Shown one piece after another: positions 37,592 through 48,746 of a stretch of 60,123 nucleotides of DNA (the stretch's first letter is position 1; the number at the start of each line of letters is the position of its first letter). Location: positions 1 to 60,123 of IMG/VR virus record IMGVR_UViG_3300025853_000086. One strand, given 5' to 3'. The translations under genes were made by a program, and so were the position numbers. The notes beneath the pieces were generated by a model. The model was not told the origin of the DNA. It saw only the letters and a program-made list of their open reading frames with translations, and did not search any database. The DNA comes from a virus. Taxonomy: Duplodnaviria; Caudoviricetes.

Positions 37592-39025
37592 TTATCCTTT
37601 GATAAGAATTTCTGTTGACGATAAAGCTATACCCGCATAAACCACAGGATCGCCCGCAGACGCGCTTAATTCTCCATCAGGTGTTACATAGTAAGCTGTT
37701 GCCGCAGATAGCCCAGACTGAGCGTCGTCTACAGAACCAACGACTTGAATAGTAGCAGTTGCTCCATCAGAGTAAGCGCCATCAGATATACCTATAAATT
37801 TATCTGCGGTTGTAAAAACAGGAGTAACAACCTTAGTTTGAGATGGGTTTCCGTAACGGAAAGTGGCTATTTTATTATTTCCTGTGTCGTAAGCCATGCA
37901 CCCAAGAGTAAAGTCTGTAGTTTCAAACTCATACTCTGGCTCTAGCTCGACTACAGTGGTTCCCTCTATACCAAGTTTAGATATATATCCATCAAAACCC
38001 GAACCTGCATAAGTAAAATAACAACCACCCCCTACGAACCCACCTTGGTTTTTTGTAAGATAATAAGGAGTGCTATTATACACTGTAGTCGCAGAACCAT
38101 AAGTTGCGCTTGTCCCAGATATTGTTGCGGCTTTTGCTACTACTGCATTATAACCATAAGCAATTAACATTTTCCCAGAAGGAGGATGGTACATAACTTT
38201 AGAGCCGGTCGTAGTAGCGCTATTAAAGACAGTTCTTGCGCCGTAAGTAATAGTTGTACCAGAAATACTCAATACACTAGCTGTACCGTAAGATGAATTT
38301 TCCTCATCTCTATAAACTACCATAACTTTATCTTCAGCCGAATTATAATGGGCGTCTGCGTAGGCAATACCGCCGGTATAAAATACAGCCTCAGTTCCAT
38401 AGCTGATACTTGTTCCAGAAATAGTGCCTACCCGCGCTCGTCCGTAACCTCCGCTTTTCCAAGCCACTAAAAATTGATTACTAGTCCCAGTTAAGCAGAG
38501 GGCAGGCGCATAAGAGCCAAAATCCAGACCAGAAGATATAAAATTAGCCGAAGTACCAAAACTAATACTAGTCCCAGATACAGTGCCTATGATAGCTGTT
38601 CCTTGTCCTGATCCGGTGTAACCAATAACAACCATTTTTCCAGAGCTTGGCTCATAAACTATGTTTTGAAGCTGAAAGGTTGAAGTACTCCAAAATGTCA
38701 CAGGAGTTCCAAAGGTCAAAGTTGTTCCTGAGATTGTGCCTACAATAGCCGTGCCGTATCTTGAGCTGTTTACGCTGTTGTATATTAGAACGACCTTACC
38801 TTGAACTGGGTCATAAGCAGCCGCATAAATATTGTTTCCTTCTAAAAATGTAGAAGAAATAGTTGGCCCGCTAGTTACTGCGTAAGTGGCGTTTCCCGCA
38901 ACAACACTAACAGTTCCATCGCTATTTAAGGAAACTAAATCACCATTTGCTAATGCTCCAGATGCTGTGGCTTCTATTGTTCCACCACCGCCACCGCCAC
39001 CTATTAACTCGCTTAAATTACTCAT
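37592..39025 (-). CDS. Receptor-binding/tail tip protein with beta-propeller-like repeats
   Basis: Poly-Gly N-terminus; repeated G.A.VGTISGT.I..GT units; lower GC. Confidence 0.7.
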   Translation of the reverse strand: MSNLSELIGGGGGGGTIEATASGALANGDLVSLNSDGTVSVVAGNATYAVTSGPTISSTFLEGNNIYAAAYDPVQGKVVLIYNSVNSSRYGTAIVGTISGTTLTFGTPVTFWSTSTFQLQNIVYEPSSGKMVVIGYTGSGQGTAIIGTVSGTSISFGTSANFISSGLDFGSYAPALCLTGTSNQFLVAWKSGGYGRARVGTISGTSISYGTEAVFYTGGIAYADAHYNSAEDKVMVVYRDEENSSYGTASVLSISGTTITYGARTVFNSATTTGSKVMYHPPSGKMLIAYGYNAVVAKAATISGTSATYGSATTVYNSTPYYLTKNQGGFVGGGCYFTYAGSGFDGYISKLGIEGTTVVELEPEYEFETTDFTLGCMAYDTGNNKIATFRYGNPSQTKVVTPVFTTADKFIGISDGAYSDGATATIQVVGSVDDAQSGLSAATAYYVTPDGELSASAGDPVVYAGIALSSTEILIKG

Positions 39026-40087
39026 TTATACACTCCATCCAATACTAGCATCTATGTAACTCATGGTGATCTCACCAAAGTTAACATCAAAAGTTAAATC
39101 TGTAGCAGAACTAGCAATATTAGAGCCGTTCCTTGCTATAGTAAAAGATGTCGTAGCTGCCGCACCTGTACCATCTTTTATCCCTACAGTGTCACCTGCG
39201 CTTGGTGTAGCGGGTAAGGTAATAGTAATGCTACCCGCCGTGACTATTATAACGTCCCCAGAAACCGCTGTGTAGTTAGTGCCTTTCTGTATGGGGTATG
39301 CCGCTGCGCCTAGAGTTGTTCGCGCTCCGGCTGCCGTAGTTGCATTAGTGCCGCCGTTGGCAATAGGAAGAGTGCCAGTTACGTTTGTTGTGAGATTTGC
39401 GAACGTAGTTGAGGTGGTGCCGGTACCTCCGTTGGCAATAGGAAGAGTGCCAGTTACGTTTGTTGTGAGATTTGCGAACGTAGTTGAGGTGGTGCCGGTA
39501 CCTCCGTTGGCAATAGGAAGGGTACCCGTAACCTGAGAGGTAAGGTCGACGTTAACCAGTGTACCGCCAAGTGTAAGGTTTCCTGAACTTGTTACCGTAC
39601 CGGTCAGGGTTATGCCGTTTACCGTACCTGTACCGCCAACACTTGTTACCGTACCACCAATTTCTGTTGGGTTAGCGTTAAGTACCGCAGCGCCTGCGCC
39701 CGCACCGTCTGTGACGACCATTACTTTAGAGCCGTTTGGTACGTTTACCGTAGCGCCTGCCCCCTGTTTGATCGTAATGGTTTGACCACCGGTAGTAGCG
39801 TTGTCTATAATCCATATTTTACTAACAGTATTCGGTCCGAGAGTAATCACTCTTGTAGCCGTTAAACTAACCCCCGAAGTTATTTTTAAAAACATTCCTC
39901 TGGTAGGATCAGCACTGAAATCAGGAATAGTGAACGTCTCATCTGAGTCAGCAGCCATCGCTTTTGTGCCGTAGCCAAAAGCATCAGAAATCAACCCTAA
40001 GTTGGTGTTGGTGCTAGTGCCCCAAGTACCCGACTCGTCGCCTGTTGCGATCTCTTTTAGTCTAAGATCATTATCATAAGTAGCCAT
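39026..40087 (-). CDS. Tail fibre protein
   Basis: G/T-rich; GTLPIANGGT repeats; C-terminal ITLP.TPS.GD...GW domain. Confidence 0.8.
   Translation of the reverse strand: MATYDNDLRLKEIATGDESGTWGTSTNTNLGLISDAFGYGTKAMAADSDETFTIPDFSADPTRGMFLKITSGVSLTATRVITLGPNTVSKIWIIDNATTGGQTITIKQGAGATVNVPNGSKVMVVTDGAGAGAAVLNANPTEIGGTVTSVGGTGTVNGITLTGTVTSSGNLTLGGTLVNVDLTSQVTGTLPIANGGTGTTSTTFANLTTNVTGTLPIANGGTGTTSTTFANLTTNVTGTLPIANGGTNATTAAGARTTLGAAAYPIQKGTNYTAVSGDVIIVTAGSITITLPATPSAGDTVGIKDGTGAAATTSFTIARNGSNIASSATDLTFDVNFGEITMSYIDASIGWSV
39354..39520. repeat. Perfect 75-bp in-frame tandem duplication
   Basis: Units start at 39354 and 39429, with a partial unit at 39504. Confidence 0.92.
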
Positions 40088-40100
40088 CGGGGCACTCCAG

Positions 40101-40313
40101 TTATACTAATGTGCTGCCACCCGCAGGCGGTACGCTTGTCGCGTAAATCTTTGTATTCTGACGTAAGTTTAGTGCTTCGCCGCAATCTGAACAAGTGTCT
40201 GCTGTTATTTCAGCTTCATCAAGATCATACCCACAGTTACTGCATAAAAGCTCAACTTCATGCTTGGGGTCGATTGCTGCGCCTAAATCTGTTGCTTCGT
40301 TTACTATTTTCAT
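40101..40313 (-). CDS. Zn-finger protein
   Basis: CSNCG...CSDCG. Confidence 0.75.
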   Translation of the reverse strand: MKIVNEATDLGAAIDPKHEVELLCSNCGYDLDEAEITADTCSDCGEALNLRQNTKIYATSVPPAGGSTLV

Positions 40314-41368
40314 GCTGCTATTTCCGCCCAATTTGGTGTTTGACTATCGTCTACGTCTACCCAGCCTGCGTTTTGATTCGGTACTATTTCGCCCCAAACC
40401 AATACATTCCCAACTCTACCTGTGCCCTGTACGCCAATAGCGTACACTGTGGCTGTACCTGTTTCGGTGGTTTCACCTAATGCTGTGGTGCCTTGAACAC
40501 CCGTAACATTGACGTTGGCATCCGCTTCTGCTGTCGCCGTGCCTAGTTGAGCAGTTGCCTGTAGACCTGTAACGTCGATAATGTTGTTGGTTATCTGGGT
40601 TACCGTGCCTAGCTCGCCCGTGGCTTCTACGCCTGTAGCGCTAACTGTTGCTCCGGCAGTGACGGTTTCTTCACCAAGGGCCGTGGTTCCCACCACTCCA
40701 GTAACGGCAACAATGGCTACGCCGGTTACTTCAACCGATCCTACTGCGCCCGTGGCTTCTAAGCCCTCAGCATCTACATCGGCACCGGCTTCTACCGCAA
40801 CAGTGCCAATAGCGCCAGTAGCTTCTACACCTGTAACCGCAACAATCGCATCTGCTTCTACTGCGGCTGTGCCTAGTGCTGTAGTACCTTGAACCCCCGT
40901 AATGGCAACAACTGCTTCGCCTATTACAGCGACGGTACCCATCTCGCCAGTGGCGGCATTACCAATGACTTCAACTGCTCCATCGGCTTCTACCGCGATG
41001 TTGCCAAGTATTGTGGTGGCATCTACGCCCGTAACATCAACTATGGCAGCGGCGTTAACAACAGGGGTGCCTATCTCTCCAGTGCCTTCTACGCCTGTTA
41101 CGTCCGCTCTGGTACGTAGATCAACGGTGACTGAGCCGGTATTACCTGTGGCTGCAACGCCTGTAACTAAAACATTGGCGTCGGCTTCGACTGCAAGACT
41201 ACCAATAACACCGGTGCCTTGTACCCCTGTTGGAGATACTATGGCCTCTGCATAAACCGCAGCAGTACCAAGTTGCCCCGTAGCCTGAACGCCGGATACG
41301 CTTATGCTAACAGAGACATTTGCATCATCTGCTATGGGAGCCGAAGCTAAAGGGTAAAAACCTAGCAT
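40310..41368 (-). CDS. Repetitive virion structural protein
   Basis: Repeated VTGVEATGxxGTV units. Confidence 0.75.
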   Translation of the reverse strand: MLGFYPLASAPIADDANVSVSISVSGVQATGQLGTAAVYAEAIVSPTGVQGTGVIGSLAVEADANVLVTGVAATGNTGSVTVDLRTRADVTGVEGTGEIGTPVVNAAAIVDVTGVDATTILGNIAVEADGAVEVIGNAATGEMGTVAVIGEAVVAITGVQGTTALGTAAVEADAIVAVTGVEATGAIGTVAVEAGADVDAEGLEATGAVGSVEVTGVAIVAVTGVVGTTALGEETVTAGATVSATGVEATGELGTVTQITNNIIDVTGLQATAQLGTATAEADANVNVTGVQGTTALGETTETGTATVYAIGVQGTGRVGNVLVWGEIVPNQNAGWVDVDDSQTPNWAEIAA

Positions 41369-41380
41369 GACGCTCCTCCC

Positions 41381-44236
41381 TTACACACTCCAACCTATGG
41401 TGGCGTCTACGTAGGTCAATGTTATTTGCCCGAAATTTACATCAAAAGTAAGGTCGGTTGCAGAGCTTGCTATGTTTGAACCATTCCTAGCAACGGTAAA
41501 TGAGCTTGTTGCGGCTGCGCCCGTACCGTCTTTGACGATTACAAAAGCCCCAACAGCGGGAGAGGCAGGTAGTGTAATCGTAATCCCTGCTGTTTTTACT
41601 GTTAAGAAGTCGCCCGATACTGCTGTTGTATTAGCTGTAATAACTTGAGGGCCGGTAACTGCAAGTTGGCCTCCAATAGTTAAACTACCAGTAACACTAG
41701 CGCCTGTGCTTGTCGTGGATATCTTTGCCGCGCCGTCGTAATATAAGTCTGTTGCGCCATTGAAAGTGTGTCTAAGCGCCCAGTGATTATTAACATCGTC
41801 GTAAAGGCCCATATTGGACCCGTTATCGTGCATGAACACAGCGCGTCCGCCGATGCTGTAGCCTTCATAACCACCGTGAGCACCGCCGTCAATCTGTACA
41901 GAGCCGTAGGTACCCGAGACAGGTTGGAAGTATCCGTTGCCTGTATCACCTAGACGCACACCAGTGGTATTGACGGTTATCTCGGAGCTGCCGCCAGTAG
42001 CAAGGGTAATGGTATTTGTACCAAAAGCTAAATATGTGTCTGTGTCGCCTGAGTGATAAATATTGTCTGCGACGTAAATACTTCCTGTAACCTCTGCGTT
42101 TCCTACTACATTTAATTTTTGCGACGGGGCCGTAGTGCCGATACCGACATTCCCACGATCTAATACCAACACATCATTATAATCAACGCTATTGTTGGTT
42201 TGGCTAAAGTTCCACCTTACTACCCCAGTAGTTACAGTTTGCTTTAATCTTAACTGATAAGCGTCAGATGTTGAGTACCTCCACCGCATTACAGAGCCGT
42301 CGGTAGAGGTATTTTCAGAATTTACTGTTGGGTTTGTTGCTATAAGACTAGAAAAAGTTTTAACGCCATCGACAGTTTGGTCGCCAGAAGTATTAACAGT
42401 CGGCAAAGTAATATTCGCGCTACCGTTGAACGAAACGCCGTTGATTGTACGGGCTGTTTGGAGTGTAGTTGCAGTTGTAGCGTTACCAGATAGGGCGCCG
42501 GAGAATGTTGTAGCGGTGGCTGTGCCTGAAACGGTTAATCCCGATGTGGTAACCGTAACCGTGTTGCTTCCATTAGCATATAGCTGAAGAGAGCTGTTTT
42601 CGTTGTACTGAAGTATCCATTCGTTATTTATATCATCATAGAAACCAAAGTCATCTTGGTCACCCATGATTGACCAGTGAGAAGTGCCCGTTGGAGCGAT
42701 AGAAAAACCTTCCCAAGCACCTCCAGATGACACCTCAAGCAAACCGGAGCGGTTTGTGCTGTCTCGTAAAAGAATACCGTCAATGGTGGCTGAAGTGCTA
42801 AAAGTGCCTGTCGTTGCAGAAACGGTGCCGCCGGATTGGTTTGTCGCTGTGGTTGCCGTAGTAGCGTTACCCGCAATGTTCATTGTAGAACCAGACAACA
42901 GGGTCGCGGCAGCTTGAGCTGTATAAGAACGCCCGTAGGTATCTGAGCCGTTAGTTCCCGTAAACCTAGCCATACCAGAAGTAAGGCCAGTAGTAGAGAA
43001 TGTCCCGGTAGAATTGTAGTAAGTTGCAAAAACGTAACCGCTTCCGTCACGAGCGACGACCTTACTTGCTGTTGCTGTAGTGGTGGCATCGACGTTTAGT
43101 GTGACTGTACCAGAGGTTCCACCACCGGTTAGATAGCTGCCTGCTGTTACGCCCGTGATGTCGCCTACGTTAGAGGTCCACCCCGCATCGTTGTTAAACC
43201 CTGTCAGGTCTATATTGGCTTTGGTTAGCTTCCTCTGTACACCGCCTGTATCGACAACTACAAAATAATCGCCGTCTCCATTGGTGGTGGAGGTTGTTAG
43301 CTCGTTCAGGTTCAGAGTAATAGTTGGGGTTGCCCCCTCGCTTGAAGCGCTTCCGTCTAGGCCCGCACCAGTTGCAATAGTCGCAACGTAGTTACCAGTG
43401 GTGTCTGTACCCAAAGCAACAGAGTTAGCAGCTATGGTTGCGGCAATGCTTACGTTACCGCTGCCATCAAAACTACCCGAAGTGCCTGTGACATCACCCG
43501 TTAAGCTGATTGTCCTGCCTGTAGCTAGAGTGGTTGCAGTCGTAGCGTTACCAGACAACGCACCAGAGAATGTTGTGGCAGTTGCTGTGCCAGTAACGTC
43601 TATGCCTGTGGCGGTTGTGGCGAGTTTGACTGCGTTGTCATAGTAAAATTCAGCCCTACCATCCCCATCAAAATATGCTAAATACTCAGTACCTGCCCCA
43701 TTTTTTATGGCGAGTTGATCTGCTTGAATCCACATCTCATTTGGCAATTCGGATTCAATAATATTTCTAGTGCCATTGTGATAAATCTGTAGATCATTAC
43801 CCGCACCAAACGTAGCCTTGTCGTTATCGCCAAAGGTCATGTCTCCAGAGGAAACAAAGCTAGTACCTGTAATAGCCCCCGCACTAAAGTTACCAGAGGC
43901 ATCCCTAGCGACTAGTGTAGAGGCAGTATTGGCTGTATCGCTTTGCAGGTCTTCTGCGGCAGCAGTGACAAAAATAGTCGCGTTACCAGAGAGGTTAAGC
44001 AAAGACCCCGTGCTACTTTCATCAAGCGTACGGGAAAGCGTCGTACCCGACGCCGTATAAGTGCCCGTGCCTATTTCCCACGCAGTGCCGTCTTCTATGG
44101 TGTACCGGACAGTCTCGGCGTTTGCTACCCCAGCATCTGCAAAAGTCTGAAACCCTGCTATCGCAGAGCCAAGCGTAACTGTCCCTGTCCCCGTCGTAGC
44201 GGTGGACATTTTAGCTCTATTTACTAACGTCACCAT
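41381..44236 (-). CDS. Long tail fibre protein
   Basis: [26 protein letters not shown] and [10 protein letters not shown] fibre motifs. Confidence 0.85.
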   Translation of the reverse strand: MVTLVNRAKMSTATTGTGTVTLGSAIAGFQTFADAGVANAETVRYTIEDGTAWEIGTGTYTASGTTLSRTLDESSTGSLLNLSGNATIFVTAAAEDLQSDTANTASTLVARDASGNFSAGAITGTSFVSSGDMTFGDNDKATFGAGNDLQIYHNGTRNIIESELPNEMWIQADQLAIKNGAGTEYLAYFDGDGRAEFYYDNAVKLATTATGIDVTGTATATTFSGALSGNATTATTLATGRTISLTGDVTGTSGSFDGSGNVSIAATIAANSVALGTDTTGNYVATIATGAGLDGSASSEGATPTITLNLNELTTSTTNGDGDYFVVVDTGGVQRKLTKANIDLTGFNNDAGWTSNVGDITGVTAGSYLTGGGTSGTVTLNVDATTTATASKVVARDGSGYVFATYYNSTGTFSTTGLTSGMARFTGTNGSDTYGRSYTAQAAATLLSGSTMNIAGNATTATTATNQSGGTVSATTGTFSTSATIDGILLRDSTNRSGLLEVSSGGAWEGFSIAPTGTSHWSIMGDQDDFGFYDDINNEWILQYNENSSLQLYANGSNTVTVTTSGLTVSGTATATTFSGALSGNATTATTLQTARTINGVSFNGSANITLPTVNTSGDQTVDGVKTFSSLIATNPTVNSENTSTDGSVMRWRYSTSDAYQLRLKQTVTTGVVRWNFSQTNNSVDYNDVLVLDRGNVGIGTTAPSQKLNVVGNAEVTGSIYVADNIYHSGDTDTYLAFGTNTITLATGGSSEITVNTTGVRLGDTGNGYFQPVSGTYGSVQIDGGAHGGYEGYSIGGRAVFMHDNGSNMGLYDDVNNHWALRHTFNGATDLYYDGAAKISTTSTGASVTGSLTIGGQLAVTGPQVITANTTAVSGDFLTVKTAGITITLPASPAVGAFVIVKDGTGAAATSSFTVARNGSNIASSATDLTFDVNFGQITLTYVDATIGWSV

Positions 44237-44253
44237 AACTAGGGTCTCGAGGT

Positions 44254-44688
44254 TTAGGCAATACGGATAATAGCGTTGCTCGCATCAGCAGCAGGGAAGA
44301 CAATAGTAAAGTCACCCGCAGTTGAAGTTTTGTCTGAGCCAAAATCCAGAACCGCAACAGCAGGGTTAGTGCCGCCGTCAGCCAAGTAGATCAAAGCGCC
44401 ACGAGCAGTAATAGTCGCTGAAGACCATGTAGTGTCCGCAAAGTCTAAGAACGCTGTGGTGCCACTTGAAGCAGGGTTCGCTGAGATAGTCAGCGTGTTT
44501 CCGCCCGCAGTGTAGCCTGTGCCTGAGACTTCGTTAGTTACGCTGTATGCAGTAGTAGTCGCATCCAGTGTAGCCGCTGAAGTGAACAGAGCGATCTTGA
44601 ACGTCTGTGCTGTACCGCTGCTGAAGTCGAATGTTCCGTCAAGAACACCAACTTTGAATGATGTTGCCATCGCTTGTGTAATAGCCAT
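44254..44688 (-). CDS. Virion structural protein
   Basis: FKIALFT, GYTAGG and ITARGALIY motifs. Confidence 0.75.
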   Translation of the reverse strand: MAITQAMATSFKVGVLDGTFDFSSGTAQTFKIALFTSAATLDATTTAYSVTNEVSGTGYTAGGNTLTISANPASSGTTAFLDFADTTWSSATITARGALIYLADGGTNPAVAVLDFGSDKTSTAGDFTIVFPAADASNAIIRIA

Positions 44689-44731
44689 TTGTGTTTCCTC
44701 TTAATAAACGCTATTTAATTTTCCCGTATTG

Positions 44732-45385
44732 TTAAGATACGGCAGGTCTCCTAACTAGTCCGGTGCGGTAAGCGTCAGTGATTTCCTTCGCCTCTCCGAA
44801 GTTCTTGAGTGCGACCACGGCTTCCATAAACCGTTTGTCATAGTTCTGCATAAGATCTGGCTCACCTTTCATATAAGTGTACGCTTCGATGAGAGACCCA
44901 TACAACATTGCCAACTCCGCGTTTTCACTGAGCCAAGTAGATGCACTATCTGCACCAGAAGTAAGGCTGTTAGGGCGGTAAAAATAATGCAGCTCCACAG
45001 TAAAAGTATCACTAGGGGTTGGGCTAACAATAAAATAGTCTGTGTTAAACAACGCATAATACTTAGGTTCACCCGTGGCTGTAGCATCAGGGTTATATTC
45101 TTGAACATAGTTTACATCTTTATAGTCCAAAAACACTTTGTTACCATTGCTGTCTGTATAGGACAACGAAAACGGTGCTAAAAAGTCGTTCGGGCAACCA
45201 AGATACTGGTTGCTCGCTGAAGTGTTCGCGGTAGCATTCTTGCGGAAAAACGTAAGCTGCACGTTTTTAAGTATGCGCTCCTCCGCTGCCCGTATAAATA
45301 TAGGCAGGTTGTTGACAAAACTAGTCTCCGTGTTTTGGGTATAGTCTTGTATCGCTTGCTTTAACTCACCGTAAGTAAAACTCAT
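44732..45385 (-). CDS. Head-tail adaptor / tail tubular A-like protein
   Basis: TY.ELK.AIQDY, G.PKYYA and LYGSLIEA motifs. Confidence 0.68.
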   Translation of the reverse strand: MSFTYGELKQAIQDYTQNTETSFVNNLPIFIRAAEERILKNVQLTFFRKNATANTSASNQYLGCPNDFLAPFSLSYTDSNGNKVFLDYKDVNYVQEYNPDATATGEPKYYALFNTDYFIVSPTPSDTFTVELHYFYRPNSLTSGADSASTWLSENAELAMLYGSLIEAYTYMKGEPDLMQNYDKRFMEAVVALKNFGEAKEITDAYRTGLVRRPAVS

Positions 45386-45684
45386 GACGTAACCACCGTT
45401 ACCCAACCAACACACCCGACACCGGTAACAGGGCCGAGCGACTCATTTTCCACAACGGGAATACCCACATACACATTGTAAGGCTCCACCCTATCTGTTC
45501 TAGGATTATGCAACGCTTGTGGGTCAGCCGGTTTAGTGATCGGTTCTAGCTGAGGGTGTTTTGGCTCAAAACACTCTTGACAAACCTTAAACCCTGTCCA
45601 CTCCACCTGCATACTTAAATAAGGGTATTGCTGCCCACATCGGTCGCAAATAGCTAAGGACTGTATCCCAATGGCATACGTCAT
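45382..45684 (-). CDS. Conserved Cys-containing protein
   Basis: AICDRCG...C.ECFEPKHPQL. Confidence 0.75.
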   Translation of the reverse strand: MTYAIGIQSLAICDRCGQQYPYLSMQVEWTGFKVCQECFEPKHPQLEPITKPADPQALHNPRTDRVEPYNVYVGIPVVENESLGPVTGVGCVGWVTVVTS

Positions 45685-46364
45685 TAGTACACCCCGTAAT
45701 AATCTTTATTCGGTGTGAGCTTTAAATTAGCTCGGTCGCGGTCTTCACTTGCCGCTCTTTCAAACTCTTCTTCGTAAATAGCTTTTAAAAACTGGGTGCG
45801 GTCGGGTGCTCTTTTTAAACTAATATAGTAGGCCAAACCCGCCGCCAAACAGGGGTAAAACCTGAAAGGCATTTCTAATGTATTCTGTTGAGTATCTGCA
45901 TCGTCTATACGAACTAACCTATCAAACACCAGAGTATACGCTTGGTCTGGTGTAGGCCATACATTCACATTAGGGTTTATCTGTCTGTCGACATAAAACT
46001 CAGTCGGCCTCGCTTGCGTGTTTTTGGTAGGGATGTTCAAAAACTCCTGCCTACTCACCCGCGATATACTAATATCTTGTTGGTTGCTTTCGCCTGCGTT
46101 AGTACGCACCACAGCAGACAAAATGTCTATTGTGTCCGTACCTAGACTATACGCGGCTGTCCCTTGAACTAAGCTCACCGAAGTCTGCTCAATCGTCCAC
46201 CGATTAAGTCCTCTATTTGCCCAGTCTGCCAACATCAAATTGAGAGACCGCCGAGCGGTTTTTAGGTCGTAGCCGGTACGGGCTTCTATCCCACAACGCT
46301 CGAAGGCCTCCTCAACGTATTCGGCAACGTCAAGCTCAAAATCTTTTGAACCAGATACAGCCAT
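45684..46364 (-). CDS. Head-tail connector-like virion protein
   Basis: EEAFERCG, ARRSLNLM.ADWANRG and PFRFYPC motifs. Confidence 0.68.
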   Translation of the reverse strand: MAVSGSKDFELDVAEYVEEAFERCGIEARTGYDLKTARRSLNLMLADWANRGLNRWTIEQTSVSLVQGTAAYSLGTDTIDILSAVVRTNAGESNQQDISISRVSRQEFLNIPTKNTQARPTEFYVDRQINPNVNVWPTPDQAYTLVFDRLVRIDDADTQQNTLEMPFRFYPCLAAGLAYYISLKRAPDRTQFLKAIYEEEFERAASEDRDRANLKLTPNKDYYGVY

Positions 46365-46374
46365 CATTTATTCC

Positions 46375-46689
46375 TTATGAGCATGGCCCTTTGACCATTT
46401 TGCTACCAGAATCGCCACCGTAGCGCATTTTTTTACGCTTAGTAGATTCACCGTAGCCTCCCATTGCCATAGCTTTGCGGGGGGACTCCATCATTGAACC
46501 ACCACCCATTTTCTTTTTACGATCTTTCATAGGAAAACCCTCTTGCATGTTCTTGTATGCTGCCGGAGAAATAGTTGACTCGCTTTTAGAGCGGGAAGTC
46601 CCTGCTTTTTTACGAGCATTTATGTTGTCGTACAGACCTCTTGCCATTGTAGTCACCTGCTTGGTTTCTTGTCCGCGTGTTATCGGCAC
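46375..46689 (-). CDS. Small basic protein
   Basis: K/R/M/G-rich; GLYDNINAR. Confidence 0.7.
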   Translation of the reverse strand: MPITRGQETKQVTTMARGLYDNINARKKAGTSRSKSESTISPAAYKNMQEGFPMKDRKKKMGGGSMMESPRKAMAMGGYGESTKRKKMRYGGDSGSKMVKGPCS

Positions 46690-46901
46690 TAGCCTAAACC
46701 TTTGAGTAGCTGCAAAAGTGTGTCGCTATTAACTAAACCACCAAAAACTACCGCACCAACTAAAACCCACTTAGCTTGAAACAAGGCTTTTTTGACATCC
46801 CGCATGTCGGTATGCAACTCTTCCACTTTGCTGTAAATATGCTTTTGAGTTGTACGCATTTCCGTGAACTCAATTTCAAGCTCGTGTACTGTTTTAGCCA
46901 T
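46689..46901 (-). CDS. Coiled-coil protein with one TM helix
   Basis: Start trimmed to MAKTVH. Confidence 0.7.
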   Translation of the reverse strand: MAKTVHELEIEFTEMRTTQKHIYSKVEELHTDMRDVKKALFQAKWVLVGAVVFGGLVNSDTLLQLLKGLG

Positions 46902-46912
46902 CATTCCTCCAC

Positions 46913-47197
46913 TTACCACGCTTTGCATGACCAATACCTTGCCGAAAATTTATCTTTGGCGGTATCGCAATTGTGCCTAGCGCGGAAGTTAGACCTACGT
47001 CCGGGAATGTTCTTTTTTATCGTCATGTTAGGGTCGCCAAAACGGACTAACTTGACCTCATCACCTTTTTTAGCCAACACCGCTGACTTTTTTGGGCCAT
47101 TGGGTGTGCGTTTAGGCTTGTTGTATCCGGCAAATGTCTCCCCTCGGTAGGTTAGCCTACCGGAAGGGGTTCTTTTTACGTTCTTTGTACTAGCCAT
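46913..47197 (-). CDS. Conserved basic phage protein
   Basis: KLVRFGDPNM, F.ARH.C and ARYWSCKAW motifs. Confidence 0.8.
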   Translation of the reverse strand: MASTKNVKRTPSGRLTYRGETFAGYNKPKRTPNGPKKSAVLAKKGDEVKLVRFGDPNMTIKKNIPGRRSNFRARHNCDTAKDKFSARYWSCKAW

Positions 47198-47993
47198 CTA
47201 ATTCCGTACCATTCAAAATATAAGTAATATCTAACGTAGCAGAAGCGGTAATTGTCCCGCCTATACTGTCTGCTTGCGCCCGTACTTCAATATCGGTTTT
47301 TTCTGCAAAAGATATCGGGTTCCAATAACTAATCGCCGTAGAATTATTGGCTAATAAAACTCTGTCTTTTACTTGCATAACTTCGCCAAAAGGACGGCCC
47401 TCTAAAGTAAAAATGGCAAATTTACCCGAGCTAGAGGACGCTGAAACATCTTTTTGATGCAAATACGCCGTGTACCCTCTAGGCACTGTCCAAACACACA
47501 TCAAAGTTTGATTATCACCAATTGCTATGGAGGCATACTTAGCCACCGGAACACCCGAAGCGGGTGTCGCTTCTGTCCCAACGTATAAAGTGCCTACATT
47601 TTCACCCGAACTTCCCGCTGAACGCACCACCATGCGAAATACCCGAATCCAATTAGACGCCTCTCCCAACTGAACGGCGCTTTGCCCGGCTAACGAAACC
47701 GTTACGTTTACTTCGTCATAGTTCGCGTCTAACCCGTACACCTGAACCGTTCGTGCCCCAGTGCCTGCTGACGTATCGTTTGCATCCGAACTTGAAACAT
47801 ACAAAGTCGAAGCCGCCGCAAGGTAGGTATATGTACCGCCTATCGTCCACACTGTTTCAGGAGACGTTCCTATATCCGAATTATAACCAAATTTATGTAA
47901 CGAAATATGATACGAAATCTGGTTTCGAGATACTTGCAGCTCAAACGGCTCGCTAGTGCCTACACGAGATATGGAAGAGACTTGGCGAGCCAT
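47190..47993 (-). CDS. Hypothetical beta-rich protein, probably virion
   Basis: 267-aa ORF; SSSDANDT.AGTGARTV motif. Confidence 0.75.
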   Translation of the reverse strand: MARQVSSISRVGTSEPFELQVSRNQISYHISLHKFGYNSDIGTSPETVWTIGGTYTYLAAASTLYVSSSDANDTSAGTGARTVQVYGLDANYDEVNVTVSLAGQSAVQLGEASNWIRVFRMVVRSAGSSGENVGTLYVGTEATPASGVPVAKYASIAIGDNQTLMCVWTVPRGYTAYLHQKDVSASSSSGKFAIFTLEGRPFGEVMQVKDRVLLANNSTAISYWNPISFAEKTDIEVRAQADSIGGTITASATLDITYILNGTELDG

Positions 47994-48001
47994 AGTGCCC
48001 C

Positions 48002-48277
48002 CTAACTGTAAAAAACAGTCATTGCCGTAATATTTGTTTCTACCGAAACATATATATCAGACACACGGATACCCTCATCCGGGATGTTAACCGAATGAGA
48101 ATCATCTGTTTTAAAGTCAATATCTAAAGCAGTAGCGCCGCCATTACCGTCGGTAATAGTCAAACGACCGGCTCCAACATTGTCCGTTAAAACCTGTATT
48201 TGGCGTATACGAGCCGGACCTACTCCCGCAGAACCAGTGCCCGTTAGCCGTTTAGCTTTTACATCAGAACCAGCCAT
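48002..48277 (-). CDS. Small virion protein
   Basis: 91 aa, SD AGGAGG. Confidence 0.75.
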   Translation of the reverse strand: MAGSDVKAKRLTGTGSAGVGPARIRQIQVLTDNVGAGRLTITDGNGGATALDIDFKTDDSHSVNIPDEGIRVSDIYVSVETNITAMTVFYS

Positions 48278-48290
48278 ATCAACCTCCTAA

Positions 48291-48746
48291 TTAAGAAAGG
48301 TTATTGTTCTGGATATACAGAATAGTAACTGTTGCTACACCAGCAGTTCCGTCACCATCAGTTGCAGTGAAGTCTGCTAATACTTGTAGGTCTGTGGTTC
48401 CAACATCAGTTGCTTCTGTGTCCAACGTACCACGAGTAGTTCCTGCAGACTGAACACTGGTAGACGGGATAAACGCATCTGCATCAGCAGAAGTACCTAC
48501 AACAACGGTAGATGCAGTTCCATCATCATTAGCTGTAGTCACGTTAAGGATAGCGTCTACAATTTGAGAGTTAGCAGGAATGGTAGCAACTACTTGGTTT
48601 GCACTAGTCGCACCTGCAATGTCGATAACTTTAGACTGCGCCATCAGAACGTAGCCGACGTTCGCAACATTAGTACCAACGGTAGATCCAGTAGTATCTT
48701 TGATAGTCCCAGCTTTGATAGGACCAGAGAAAGTGGTAGTACCCAT
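48291..48746 (-). CDS. Putative capsid decoration/fibre protein
   Basis: MGTTTFSGPIKAG N-terminus; follows the major capsid gene. Confidence 0.65.
   Translation of the reverse strand: MGTTTFSGPIKAGTIKDTTGSTVGTNVANVGYVLMAQSKVIDIAGATSANQVVATIPANSQIVDAILNVTTANDDGTASTVVVGTSADADAFIPSTSVQSAGTTRGTLDTEATDVGTTDLQVLADFTATDGDGTAGVATVTILYIQNNNLS

Noticed and set aside
37592-44236. Diversity-generating retroelement or invertible fibre cassette
   Set aside because: No reverse transcriptase or invertase is present; the duplicated fibre ends differ at mixed synonymous sites, not only at adenines.
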